Part shown: in pieces, positions 38,776 through 51,670 of the stretch
Numbering within the stretch: the stretch's first letter is position 1
Layout of the letters: each line of letters starts with the position of its first letter
Origin: Lama glama
Taxonomy: Eukaryota
Length of the DNA: 64,000 bases
Assembly: GCA_028534125.1 (NCBI GenBank)
Contig: CM052818.1
Location: forward strand, 7,442,001 to 7,506,000
Direction: 5' to 3'
The notes under the pieces: model-generated
Databases searched by the model: none
Told to the model about the DNA's origin: nothing
What the model saw: the letters and a program-made list of their open reading frames with translations, nothing else
Program-made: the position numbers and the translations under genes

Positions 38776-39989
38776 GCTCAGAGTGTTCCAAGTATATGTG
38801 AGTCAATTCACTTGTATAGTTAATTTACTTTTCTCAAGTCAACTTGCACATCTATTGACAAGCACTTAGTCTATCTGGACGCAATGGCAATCAAATTTAA
38901 CCATGTGCTGATTCAGACAAGTCAAGAAGATGACCCTCAGCAAATTGCAGGCTGAAGTTGATGATCAGCTTATGACAATATGGTCTCCACTTCTGGAGAT
39001 GTGAGAGTGAGCCTAGAAATTGACACAGTTTAAGTGGGAAAAGCTTGAGATTATTTCAGGCACCAATCCATTGTCTACTATAGTCATAATGCTGGGAAAA
39101 AGATGAGTAATTGCTGCCCAAGTTTAAATCTGGTTTTCTTGGTGAGAAATCCTTCCTCTTCAGGAATGATCAGATGTGGGATTTTGAAAATAGCCTTTAT
39201 AATTAGAGACTACTATTAAAGGCATACCAAATTAACCATTCGACTCCATGGCATGGTGGTATCCCATAATGACAGGTTAATGGAGTCCATGCTTAACAAA
39301 AAAACAAAAGGGACCATTAGACTTCTAGTAAAGTCAACACTAGCTGTTTGCTGGCCACACATCCCCTGTTGAACTGACCTCAAGAGCAAATATACAGAGA
39401 AACTTTGAGGTTTAACGGATTTCACAAGAAGGATTCAAAGGTAGCTTTCTCATCAACTTAAAATTAGGTAATGGAGACTTAAACAGAACTGATATGTTGA
39501 CCTCAGGTTGCTCTGGAAATGAGACATCCAGAAACCGACGTCCTGTTCCCTGCGTCTCTCAGCTGATTCTACTTCCTCTCTGAACTGTGCTCATCAGTGT
39601 TGGAATCTGTCCAAGTCAGTTCTGAAGAGGAAGTTCCAGTCACTCCTCCCCCTATACTTCTGCGTGGAGAACCCAACAAGAGTTCAAGGGAGAGGGGAGC
39701 TGGCAGGAACACAGGGCAGGACGGGGCAGAAGTGGTGCTCCCAGGCAGGTGCTGAGAATAGAAAGTCGTGCACAACCAGGGGAAGGAAAAATGCTGGCCA
39801 GCTTTGGCAGGTGGGATTATCAAGGACTTCCAGTTGTGGGAAGCGGGATGGAGGTGTCCATCCACTAGTGCCAGATGGAGCAGGGTTATTCTGGGATATC
39901 TGATTCAAAATAAGTGAAAAGACAGGTCACGATTCAAGACCTAAACAGTGAGAATTCAAGAACTGTAGGCTCCACATAGCTACCTAGAG

Positions 39990-40140
39990 CATGCTTGCAA
40001 TCTTTACTATGCATATGAATCACCTGGAATCTGCCTAAAAATGCAGATTCTGATTCAGTAAGTCCGGGATTCTGCGTTTCTAATGAGCTCTCAAGTGATG
40101 TCAGTGTTGCTGCTTTATACATCACAGTTGGATACAGGGG
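39990..40140. mobile_element. MER5-family element
   Basis: TGCATATGAATCACCTGG..AAAATGCAGATTCTGATTCAGTAAGTC..TTCTGCGTTTCTAA, preceded by CCTAGAG. Confidence 0.75.
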
Positions 40141-40977
40141 CTCCAGTACAGGGCAAGGTCCCGCCTCCTTTTTCTCCTAAACTTCAGGGTCCCAATGGGG
40201 AGGCCTGGAGATTGGACAATAACACCACCATTGCCCAGCAACAGTCCTGACAAGATGCAGCAGCACAGGGACTGGGAGCAGTCAGAGCCCTTTCATTAAT
40301 TCCATGAGCAACTGACTGAGGCTCAGAGCAGAAAGAGCCTGAATCAATGGGCATAAGAACATGGACAAATTATAAACAAAGGTGGGTTATATTAGTGAAT
40401 CAAAGGGAAAGCCTTAAAAATCTCTGTCCTTTTTAATGCCTCAAATAAAGGATGCTCATCACTCCCGCTGTGGTTCGTGCTCTGACTGAGTGAGTTCTCT
40501 CAGCAGAGTAAAAGTTGTCTAAGTACATTGAACAAACACTGACGCAGGCCAGAGGATGGGGTTTATGGGTTATTTCTCTTTCATACTAACCTTCTAGGGA
40601 AATGCAAAGGAAAGATTTCTTCCAGGGCCACATTCCTGGGCTCTAAATTGGATGCCATGATGGTTAGTGTGTGGACTTGGCTAGATTATAGCACCCCGTT
40701 GTTCAATGAAATAACAGTCTAGGTGTTGTTGTGAAGGTATTTCGTAGAAGTAGTTGACGTCTACAATCAGTTAACATTACATAAAGGAAATTATTCTTGA
40801 TCGTCTTGATTGTCAATCACTTGAAAGGTCTTAAAAGCAAAACTGAGGTTTCTCTGAAGTAGAAATTCCACCCATTAAGTGCAGCTTCATCTCCTGCCAG
40901 AGAGTTTCCAGCCCCCCTCTCTGCCAGTCCCCACAATCATGTAGGCTAATTGCTTTAAATAAATCTTGTTCTATATC

Positions 40978-41589
40978 CATTTGATCTTCACTATTCACAG
41001 ATTCTGAATTTTTGAATTTGCCTACTTGCTAGAATTTATTATAAGCCCAAAATTAATACCCGTGGTGCCTCCACTGTCATTCACAGAGATGCGCAGAGGG
41101 GTGAAAAATATGTCACCTAGAGCACACGTTGCCTTCTTGTCCAGCTCTCAGGCTGCAAACAAGTGTCCTTTACATGGTCTGTGTACTGCCATGATTTTTA
41201 TACTTCTGTTCTTCTTGTTGGTGATTTTGCTGTTTACAATGGCCTCTAAGCATAGCCCTGAAGTGCTGTCTAGTGTTCTTAATGCCAGAAGGCCGTGATT
41301 TGCCTTGTGAGAAAATACGTGTTAGAGAAGCTTTATTCAGGCATGCGTTATAGTGCTGTTGGCTGTGAGTTTGATGTTAATGAATCAACAATGTATATTC
41401 AGTCAGATGTCTTTAAACAGAAGTCCAGATAAAACAAGGTTGTATTTTCATCGGTTGATGAAAATGTTGTGACTAGAAGTTCACAGGAGCCTAACCCTGT
41501 ATTTCCCCTAGGGGCAATGGCTAAGTATTTGCTAATTCAGTGTTTATGGCAACTTTATGGAATGTAACTACCATGAGTAGTGAGAATTG

Positions 41590-41593
<4 letters not shown>
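40978..41593 (-). mobile_element. MER82-like TcMar-Tigger non-autonomous element
   Basis: Degenerate terminal inverted repeats. Internal AAGTGCTGTCTAGTGTTC, GAGAAAATACGTG, CTAACCCTGTATTTCCCCTAGG. Confidence 0.8.
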
Positions 41594-41621
<28 letters not shown>

Positions 41622-41648
41622 CACGCGTGCACGCGCATGTGCACGTGC
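41594..41648. repeat. (TG)n plus alternating purine-pyrimidine tract (Z-DNA prone)
   Basis: (TG)14 followed by CACGCGTGCACGCGCATGTGCACGTGC. Confidence 0.9.
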
Positions 41649-43197
41649 CCTACTGGCTCTGTATCTCTGGAGGCACCCTGACTGATGCAGGTGTGATTAT
41701 CACCCTTTCCTTTAGGGCTAGCTGTGCAAGGCACAGAAGGTGAGGGTCTTCTGTCCTTTCTGCATTCAGATCTCTGGCAATATTCTGCAGAAGGAAGAAA
41801 GGGGTTCATGCATAAACCATCTAGTGAATGTTAATAGTCCCCTTTTAAAAGCAAAGCTTTTCTCTTACTAGTCGATATTTAAGGACACAAAATATACACA
41901 AGCCCTATAATTTAGACGTTACTTCATCTCCCTGATAAAGTGAGAAGTAGGCTAGATTAGGTAATAACTGGAATCCATTTCAGCATTTTTAATGTAATTT
42001 GGATGATGAGCCCCAAATTACTTTTCCAATATAAACCAATCAAGTCTATTCCAGTTTGAGTGACTTTACCAAAAATAAACTTCTTTATGAATGTATAAAA
42101 AAGAGAATTAGACTGTCTCCAAGGCATTGGGCCTCTTCCCCAAAGTGGAGAGAAGCCAGCATGTCTCAGAGTGACATGGAAGTGACATGGAAGCACCAAT
42201 TTAACAACCCACTGCCCTTCCTCTCCTCACCCAACTGGTCAGTTTTAGTCTTCTCAGAGGCTGTGGTTATGAGTCTAGCTTGCCTGGTCCACAGCTGCAG
42301 GCTCCACTGCTGAATTATAAATTTGTCATCCTCCATGTCACACTGTCTGATGTAGGAGGGACTGGCAAAAAGGGGTAATGTCTTAGGTCAAATCCCACCC
42401 CGCTCCTGGTGCATCAAGCAAGCTCATGCCCTCTGTGGTGGGTCAACAGTGCTGCTCTGTGGGGACCAGGCACTTTCCTCCACGTGCCTCCCCACATCTG
42501 AATGAGGCTTGAAAAGACTTCCATATAACTCTCTTTTTCCTTGAAGAACATGTCACAGCTAAGACTGAGCACCATGCATCAGCTACCATTGATCCTGAAA
42601 TAAAATACTGTTTAGACAAAAAAAAAAAAACCCAAAAAGCTTCTTTCATGCACAGCTTCAAGGATATCAGAACACCATCCACTTCTCAGACTATCCATCA
42701 CGTAATTCAAGTGTCAGAAAGTGTTCAGCGTAAACAGAGGAAGGGGAAAGCATAATATGGTGTGAAAATTTTTTTGTATTCAAGTGTTTCCCTTTTAATG
42801 TTTAGCAATTTCCATGACATGACTAGTGTTCTAAGCTGTTAAATGGTAGCATGGGAGCTGACTTGCCCTGTGACTACTAAATTGACACACTAAATAAGAA
42901 TGATATACTAAATAAAGTTGAAATGAATGTCATCCTTCCACCAAGTGAAAAAATTGTAGAAATATCTGTAGTAGATAAAGTGATTGAGTCAAATAATTTT
43001 GACCAGAAAAAAAATGTCTAAATGTCTAGACAGGACTAACTCTTATGCAATTTGGCATATAGGGTCCATCTCTCCCTGTGGCTCTGGGTCCCGCATTTTC
43101 ACACCTGACTGGTCACCTCCCCTCCCGCACACCAGGTGTCAGGTGCTCTTTCCCCTGTTCTCAGCTGGTTGCTCCCTTCAAAAGAATTCAATTAAGT

Positions 43198-43414
43198 CAG
43201 GGGTTGGAAACTACAGCCCACAGGCCAAATGCAGCCCACCTACTGTTTTTGTAAATGAAATTTTATAGAAACCCAGCCATGCTCATTCCTTCCGTACCAT
43301 CAATGGCTGCCTCCACCCTATAGTGACAGAGTTGAGTAGCTACAGCAGAGACCTGATGGCTCATAAAGTGTAAAATATTTACTATCTGATCCTTTACCAG
43401 TCTGCTGGTCCCTG
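43198..43414 (+). mobile_element. MER58A (hAT-Charlie)
   Basis: CAGGGGTTGGAAACTACAGCCCACAGGCCAAAT..TGTTTTTGTAAAT..AAAATATTTACTATCTG..CCCTG. Confidence 0.88.
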
Positions 43415-44239
43415 AAATCAAGTCCTTCACACAAAGGTATTACAGTTTTGATATGTTACTTCTCCAGGAGAAGAAATCCATTACTTGGATATTAATAGGT
43501 GGTAACTTCTTAATTTGAAGAAAGTAATGGCTAACAGCAGGATTTAGGTCATCAGCAGTGGGATACTTAGGAGATATTTTGGGTTGGGGGAATTTCTTAA
43601 GTTCAATGACTACCTATTCCATCTACCCATCAACCCAGTTGGAGGGCCACCTACTGAGAATTTTGATAAAGTTGGGAGGTTATGGCTGGTTTGGAGAAAG
43701 ACTCAAAAGAGAGGTCAGTCTGAAAGGAGTTTGGGATGGCTGCAGATGGCATTCTGGAGCGGGAAACACACAACCCAAGAGATTGTCATTTGTCTCAGTC
43801 TGATTCAAATGTTTATTCTTATCACTTATAAACTAACAAAAATATTTTGAGGTCCATTTAAAGAGTCAGATTCCTGACTTTGGTTGTCCCCTAAACTTTG
43901 GCCTTTTTACTTTTCGCAGATATCTAACTTCACAAAAATAAATCTTTTTTATGGCACAGAGAAGATTTTCTCTCTGAAGTTCCCATGAGCAGTGTTATTT
44001 ATCTATGAAGAAGTCTCCTCCCACAAAGCAGCAGCAGTGAGCTCGTGGTACAGCCTGGCTTCCAGAGCACAGAGGCTGGATTTTCATCGACATTCTTAGG
44101 CAGAACTCACAAGACTTTGAAGTGGCCGCTGTACGAAACGGGAGCAAGAATATCCAGTTTCCCAACTCGAGGTGATGCCTGGGAGTGATGATCACTCCTA
44201 ACATTCGTGTTTGTCCAGGATATTACATCCCAAAATGTT

Positions 44240-44410
44240 CTCCAAAAAATTCTCTTGTTTAATCCTCAGGACAATTGTTAACATGAAAATTGTCACCCCC
44301 TTTTTGCAGGCAAGGAAACGAAGAATCTGAAGGGTTAAATGACTCACTTCAGATCAAACAGCTATTGGAGGAGAAATTCAGACGAAAAAGTCAGGTCTTC
44401 AGAGTCCTCT
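44240..44410 (-). mobile_element. MIR SINE fragment
   Basis: TTTAATCCTCAGGACAA..TTTTGCAGGCAAGGAAACG..GGTTAAATGACTCAC. Confidence 0.6.
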
Positions 44411-44917
44411 CAGGGTAGAAGGTTTATTCTCTGAGCCCATGTTGGGAACCTAGGGCATCATCAAAAGCAGCTACACCAGTGTAGTCATTCATGGAACTCT
44501 TAAAGGTCAAGGTTTCGTCGCTGTTCAGGTACAAGAGTGGTAAGTGGCAACCTAAAGAGGTATGGGCTGCTTTCAGGTGTCCCCATGAGCTACCCAGGAT
44601 AAGTACCAGAATGTCATCACATATGGTTCCTGGACCCTCCTGGGATGGTGCTCACATAGCACTAGCACTTCAGGGGGGATTTCTGCAAACTAGAAAAATG
44701 CAGACCAACTACACAAAGATGTTCCTTACTCCAGCTGACCCAGCCTTGGGCCAGGGCTCAGCTCAGTAAGCTGAGCAGGCTAGATCCAGCCCCTGCTCAA
44801 GTCCTTCATCTAGACAAGGCATCATTGTCCAGGCACAGCTGGTACAACCATCCTGTGCCCACCCAGTTCAGAGAGCTTCCTTTACCAAGAAGGGATGCTA
44901 AAAAGAAAGATAACCTT

Positions 44918-45004
44918 ATTTTTTTTAATAGAGGTAGTAGGAGGCCTCCCAGGTCCTCATGCATGATAAGCATGCACTCTACCACTGAGCTGTCCCTACC
45001 CCCT
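44918..45004 (-). mobile_element. vic-1-like SINE, short and internally altered
   Basis: CACTCTACCACTGAGCTGTCCCTACCCCC is the reverse of the tRNA head. TSD AAAGATAACCTT at 44906-44917 and 45006-45017. Confidence 0.8.
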
Positions 45005-46723
45005 AAAAGATAACCTTCTTGAGAAGAACTGAATCCATCCAGGACAGTAAACAATACACCATTTACGAAGAAGGTGACAGTTAGAGTCGAGACTCGGTAT
45101 GGTTTGGGTAGTGATGACAATCTTTCTGAGCTGGAGAACTCGAGCTGGTCACAGTCCAGCTCATCTCACTTTTACCTGCTTCTCCCTCTTGGCTGAGCCC
45201 CTCTCCGTGTCCCACTCAAGCCTGTTTCTCCCATTAATTCACGTGCTGCTACACTGAATGGAAACATCCTTGAACTGGAGGGAACATATGGCTAGCAGAA
45301 GGGCGGAATTATTCTTTGCGAGCGGGTGGGTGGCCATCCCCTTCAGCGCATCTCTGTCACTCCATGACAGGCAACCCTGCTGGGATAGGACACCTCCTCC
45401 AAGACTACACATTTCCGAGAGGCCGACTGCCACCGGAGCATGCTGGGTCTCTTCCCGTTCCTCCTCTAAATGTTCTTGGGAGCCCATAGCCTCCTCTTGG
45501 CCGTGGGGCAAAGTCCAGCTGAGCTCATTAATCACATTACAGCCACCTTTCCTGCTCAGAGATCAAAGGCAGCAAGAGCTCACAATCCTCTTTTGAATTG
45601 TGTTTTCATAGGATTTGAAGGAAGGCTTGATTCGAGAGCAAAATGGCAGCTCCAGCTAATCCTGGGAAAGACCAGTAAGGCCAACTCAGGGTGTAGCTAC
45701 CAAGAAAGCAGGAGGAGAGGGAGCTGGGAGCCACTCCTCTTCATGTGCCGAAACCAGGTAGTACTGAGAATAAGATGATACAGCAGGAGTAGAAATGGAA
45801 CCTCAGACTAAGAGGTTCAGTTTACACTGAACACATTCAGTTGAAAAGTGCCCTGCCTTGCATTTATCCAGTGTGCCAAGAAGGGTCACTGAAATCATGT
45901 CCAGTCTCGTTCTGATAATTACTACCACCGTGGTCCACATAAAAATGTTTGAGCAAGTGGATATGCTTCAACGACTTCCTGTCTCCTTTTCTATACCCCT
46001 CCCTTTAAAGTTCTATGTTCTACCAAATTCAGATTTGGGTTTTAATTATTCTGTTATAGGGTTTGGGGTGTAGTTATTATTTTCATGATGTAATATTATA
46101 TGGTGAATATAGTGGCCCTGGATCATCACCATCAACTTTTGACAAATAATGAGGTGTCTAGAGAACTTTGACATTCTCCTGTGTTTTCCGGAGTATATCC
46201 TACTCCAGGTTAGAGTATGCCTTTGCTGTATTTACCTGCATCCGTCCAGCCAAGATTATGTAGGTAAAATATAGCTGAAGTATGTTTTCTGATGACATAA
46301 GAGTCTGTTAAAACAATTTATAAGAGGGTTATGGTTTTTGAAAATGATTATACAGAAACCAGCCTTTTGATATTATGTATAAACAGAGTTAAGTCACCAA
46401 TGGGAGTACACTTTACTCCCCTTCCTGTGGTAAGTGATAGCAGTGCCATAATGCTGAAACTGTAGGGCAGACGAGCTGGTAATATTCAGCTAATCCAGCA
46501 GCATGCTATGAATCAGGGACTATATTAGCAAACAGCCATTACTAGAACATCATTGACTGGCACGGCACCAAGATATGCTGAGCAGAGAATTTTGGCAAGG
46601 TTGCTGCTTTATAGCCAACCAAAGATAAACTAGAATTTATTGATGTGCTATTGCACAGCACAAAATCCTAGGTAGGAAAAATAGATAAATGTGTGGTTCT
46701 GGAAAATATCGATACTAAGAGGA

Positions 46724-47094
46724 GATCTTAGTTCAGGCTGCTGTAGAGTACGTAAACTGGGATGCTTATAAACGGTAGAAATTTATTTCTCATAGTTCTA
46801 AAGTCTGGAAGTCTGAGATCAGGAGGCTAGCGTGATCAGGTCCTGGTGTGGGTCCTCTTCTGGGTTGCAGACTGTCGGCTTTTCCTTGTAACCTCACATG
46901 GTATTGAGCAGAGAGAGGAAGCATGTCTCATGACTCTTATAAAGGCACTAATCCCATTCATGAGGGCTCCATCCACATGACTTCATCAAATCCTAATTAC
47001 CTCCCAAAGGCCCCACCTCCTAACACTATCACATTGAGGGGGTATGTTTTCAAGATATGAATTATGGGGGCGATGCAAACATTCAGGCCATAGG
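46724..47094 (-). mobile_element. MLT1A-type MaLR solo LTR
   Basis: AGAAATTTATTTCTCATAGTTCT, GGCACTAATCCCATTCATGAGGGCTCC, TAATTACCTCCCAAAGGCCCCACCTCC. Confidence 0.88.
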
Positions 47095-48004
47095 AGGGGG
47101 CATCAAGGAATATTAAAATATGGCAAACAAGGTTTTCTCTCTTCATCCCAAGTACACAACTGGACAAAGAGTAGGTGCTCAGAAAATAACTGTTAAGTTA
47201 AACCAAGTTATTTTTTTCTGTAAATAGTGTGATTATACATATACAAATTGAGTAATTTGTGTGATTTAGAGGCAGATCATATTTTGCTATCAATTTCTTT
47301 AAAAATATGTCAGCAATATTCTTAGCCAATAGGCCCTTTACAGAAGAATGGGTTTATACCACCAAAAAGCCACCAATGGTGCGAAATTACCTAATTTTTA
47401 CAATCACCAGGGAAGAGGCTTTTAATTTCCCACAATGGAAATACTAAGGAAAAAAAACCTCTCTCAAGGCATTTTTTTGATGTAGGGAGAATTTCAAGAA
47501 ATAGTCAAACAGGGTAAAGGTTAGGGGGGCGTCCTGCCTAAGACTCGCTTCCTGCCATTCATAGGGTTCCCACGCTTTCTCTCCTGCATAGACGCCTGCA
47601 GGACAGTCCTTTGCATGCGAACCCTGCCGGGTTCCAGGAAATGCTCCTGGCTGTGCTCTGTGGCCGGGTGTCCCACGCTGACAGGTCAGTGTACAAAAGC
47701 TGTGAGCAAACAACGGGGCCTCCGCTTTTGCTTTCAAGCTGTCTAGGGGAAAATGCTGGCGTCTCTCGCTACCTCTCTTCCTGTCTCCGTCTTCCTGTTG
47801 ATCTGTGTGTGCTTTCATAACTTCCCCACACATGACTCATTCTACTTCATCCCAAAAGAATAGCGAAAAGGAACAATGAATTCAGACAGCCCATTCGTAC
47901 CAATTCAGGTGAGCCCTTCTTAATTAAGTCAGTCCAGAGTCAAAATCCCAGATTTAAAAAGATGATGGACAGATTATGAGGTGATTAGTCACACTAGAAA
48001 CGGT

Positions 48005-48120
48005 TTTGGAACTTAGAAGGGTAAAGCTGGGAAGGAGTCTTAGAAATCGCTCATTGCACTCACCCTCTCATTTTGTAGCTGAGAAAACTGAGCCACAGAA
48101 GGAGAATGACCAGGCCAATG
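48005..48120 (-). mobile_element. MIR/MIR3 fragment
   Basis: CTCATTTTGTAGCTGAGAAAACTGAGCCACAGA core. Confidence 0.55.
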
Positions 48121-50769
48121 ACCTCATCCCTAACTCATACTTTTCAGAAAGGAAAGTTTCGCCACAGGAATTTTCGTTTTTTAGAGCAATCAAAATATGA
48201 TTTATTTTGAAAATATTTCTCTCATACACACATTCTTAGGAAAATACCTATGTAGAGTGAAGGACAACGGCTCTTGAAAGGGTGTGTGAATTTGAGCGGT
48301 ACTACAGTTATATACGCGTTTCTAAACCCGAGGGTGATGAATCCTAGTCTACATCCGGAGCAGTTTTGTTTAGAAGCTTATGGATGTTTTTTATTGAATA
48401 CATAGGGCTCAGTCATGAACACTTCACATCCTCCTCTTTCCTCATTCTTGTACTTCGGTCAATGGGCAGAATTTTCCATTTGTCCTGCTTGCATATAACA
48501 AAACACACAGACTGGCAATGACTCACTGTGGCACTGGTCACAGCAAAGTTCATGGTCCAGCAGCTATCAGGCCACTTCTCAGTTTACCACAAATCTAGTA
48601 TAGTTAATTTTACAGAGGCAACAATATGCTTTTGTTTGTGCCTTCATGAAACCTGAGGTCTTTTCTTTTTTTCTTTTCCCCCGGGTCCTGAACTATACTT
48701 ATTCTTTTATTTAGTTTTTAAATTGTTTTTAATTGAAGTATAGTCAGTTGATGACACTGTGTTATCCAGAGCAGGTTTCCTACTCCCTATTAACAACTTA
48801 TGTTTGGAATAAATATATATTATGAACAGAACCACCCAAACAGGTAGTTAATGAACATTCGTGGATTATATATTGACATAAATGTGTTTTTAAACTTTGA
48901 GAGGAGACAGAATATTAACATCAAGGTCACCTCGTTTGCTCTTGATAACCTTGGTGGGCACCTTTCCGCTGCCTTCTTAGCACCCTCCCGCATCATCTCT
49001 ACAACTTGCCTGTGTGATTTTTCAGGTAGCATCTGTGTGAGCAACTAGTCATGTGCATGTCCACATGCGCACACACACACACACACTCACATGCACATAT
49101 GATGCTTCTATGAACGAAAGCTGGTGCAGAACATTAACTCAATTCAATAGAAAAGAAAATGCTCTTTTCTTTCTTTTCTTAAAAGCTTGGTGCAGGCACC
49201 CTTCTTAGGGGCACGCTGTCAGTCTGGGCTTTTGTCCTGGTTGGCTCCTGGTTTTTTTAATGCATGCTGGAAGTGCCACTCCTATGAACGTACTCCGCAG
49301 AGGCCACTTTGGCTTGCTGCCACCTGCCCTCACTGGATTAAGAAGCGTGGATCCATTGCTATTATGGAGCCTGAAGCAGAGCCAAGAAGAAATCTCAAAG
49401 GGCCCTCTCCCCAGACACGTGTGAGTAGAATAAAAATGAGACACAAATGACGGCACAAAGCCTCCAGCACTCTTGGGGCAAAGTAGGGGGTGGGGTGCTG
49501 TGTTGTAGGCTAGGAGGATGTTCTAGTTATTGGGAAAGAAATGAAATTAAAGCATGTTTTCCTTTACAGATGAAGATCCTTCAGACCTATTATCAACAGG
49601 ATGGCTCTTTTTCTGTTGTTTATCCTCAGAGAGGGAACTGGAACTATTAAAACAAAGGCACACATTCAAGGCTGGGCAGGGCTGAGTAGAGAAGTGTCTC
49701 CATGACTTTCTAGTTATCCAGAGTCCCCATCCTGATGATCAGATAACAGAGGAAGCAATTGAATATACTCATTTATACTAAAGTGTTAAAGACTTGATGT
49801 GTTACTTCTCCCAGAGGCACCTACGCTCCAGAGGTAATTACTTTCTAGAGGCCAGTGGAGGGCAAAGAATATTTAACATAAATGAATATACAGAACTAAT
49901 GGTAGAAATTCAGGCACCAGCACTTTCAACTCACCCTACCCAGGAAACCATCTCTTAATACAAGAGTGGATCTAAATATATCTGTCTGATGCGGTGACAA
50001 GAAAAAAAGGGAGTGTCATGCGCAGCAAACCTAGAAGGGTAAGTCATGACGTCTGCTATTTTCCCTTCCTCCTTCCTTTACCAATCATTCTAGCCCTCAG
50101 AATGTTTCCTGCAATTTCATGCGTCCAATGCCTTTTTGCCCCTGTGACTAAACCAGTTCTGAAGAATCAGCAAAGCCTGTCACATGTTTTATTAGCCAAG
50201 ATAGACTCAGTGCTGAGTTCAGTGCAAAATAAAATTAGAGGTCAAAAACAATGCCATGGAACAGAATAAAATAGAAACAAACAAACAAACCCCAGGAGGA
50301 AATGTCAGGCCCCGCAAGAACTATACAAATAGCACGCAAAGGAGAGAGAATCATTACTGTTTTTAATGAGAAAGAAGGACACTTAAGCTAATGATGCTTG
50401 ATTATTTTTCCTTTTTACTATGAGAGTAAGAAGAGAAGAAAGTCCATTTGGTCGTATCAGGGTCAGAGAATTTACCAGATATTCGCCCACCAACAGCCTC
50501 TCAGTGCCTCTCGGTCATTCCTTCGGATGCCTGCACCATCGCCTTTTACTCTGCTTTGGCTCCAGCAAGACACTATCATGCGATTCTACTTCATTGTGGT
50601 GCCAGGGCAGGAGGAGTGGTCCATCCCAGGAGCAGGCCCTTGAGAGGTGCACAGCCTGGAGAAGACTTAAAGACAATCATAAAACCAGCAAAAAAGCCAG
50701 TCTGCTTTCTATTATTGCCATGGCAAGCTATTCTAAACAATGTCAGTAATAAACTGCTCTCTCCCCACC

Positions 50770-50794
50770 AAAAAAAAAAAAAAAAAAAAAAAAA
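50770..50794. repeat. poly(A) run
   Basis: 25 consecutive A. Confidence 0.95.
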
Positions 50795-50829
50795 ACTTTC
50801 CTTAGTCTAGGTTCCAAACAATTGCTGCA

Positions 50830-51670
50830 ATTGAGTTTTAACAACATAAATGTAAGCTTCAGTTTAGCACATTTTTTATTGCTTCTCCTTTAGTAAACGG
50901 CCTACATGGAAGTTGATTTGGAGGATTAACTGTGCATTTATTTTGAGAGTAAGTGCATAAGAAAGTTTGCTTTGGGCACAAGTGTCCTTCCTCTCTGGTC
51001 CTTCAAATCCCAGTATTCAAACAATTAATTTGAAATAAACAATGATAGCACAGTGATTGTAAAGACAACTGAACTAGAGTTATTTCAATACCATCATTCT
51101 GTGTGACCACTTAAGGTTTTTAGTTGTGTTTAAAGTTTCTGGGATTTATTATCAAATAGGATTTTCATGCATCCCTGCCAAATGTGTCCTCAAGTTGAAG
51201 ACTTTTCCTATTTACTTAAACCGTTGCTTCATGTGAAAGAAATCTTCCAGAATTAAAATTAATGAAAAGTGTTCTTTGACCAAAGATGGATCGATGTGTC
51301 AGGAATATGGGAAGAGTAACAAGTTTGATGAAGTCATTGACAAATTTGCAGAAGTTAATTGCAAAAACAGAAACTGTAAAATTACTCTTCATGACTGTAA
51401 AAGACCAATAGGTAGGTCTAAGTTTTCATCTCTTTCTTCAAAATAACATTAATGAAATTGAAAGTATTACTTATAACCCTTCCTTCTTTTAGATTGTGAC
51501 AGCTATTGTATTTTTATTTTTTTGTTGATATGATACAAAGTTTCATAAAAGAAAATACATTTTCTGGGGCTTATTATTGGTTTCATTGCATGATTATTAC
51601 TGAAAATAATTCTGTCATATAGAAAGAAGGTGCACTCTGGGTGTCAAATATTAGCCCTAGCACCTCAACC
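50830..51670 (+). mobile_element. hAT-Tip100-type DNA transposon 3' fragment with transposase remnant (MER97/Zaphod/Arthur-like)
   Basis: 51223-51279 reads VASCERNLPELKLMKSVL* (cf. hAT dimerisation motif ASxERsFSkLklik). 51324-51356 reads FDEVIDKFAEV. Stops and frameshifts present. Confidence 0.7.

Larger units (their letters stand above)
40656..41689 (+). mobile_element. MLT2D-like ERVL LTR split by a Tigger insertion
   Basis: 5' part ATGATGGTTA..GTGAAGGTATTT..CCCCACAATCATGTAGGCTAATTGCTTTAAATAAATC. 3' part CCTACTGGCTCTGTATCTCTGGAGGCACCCTGACTGATGCA. Confidence 0.8.

Noticed and set aside
39228..39297. Possible pre-miRNA hairpin (GACTCCAT...ATGGAGTC)
   Set aside because: Only an 8-bp perfect stem with poor pairing elsewhere, and no recognised mature miRNA.
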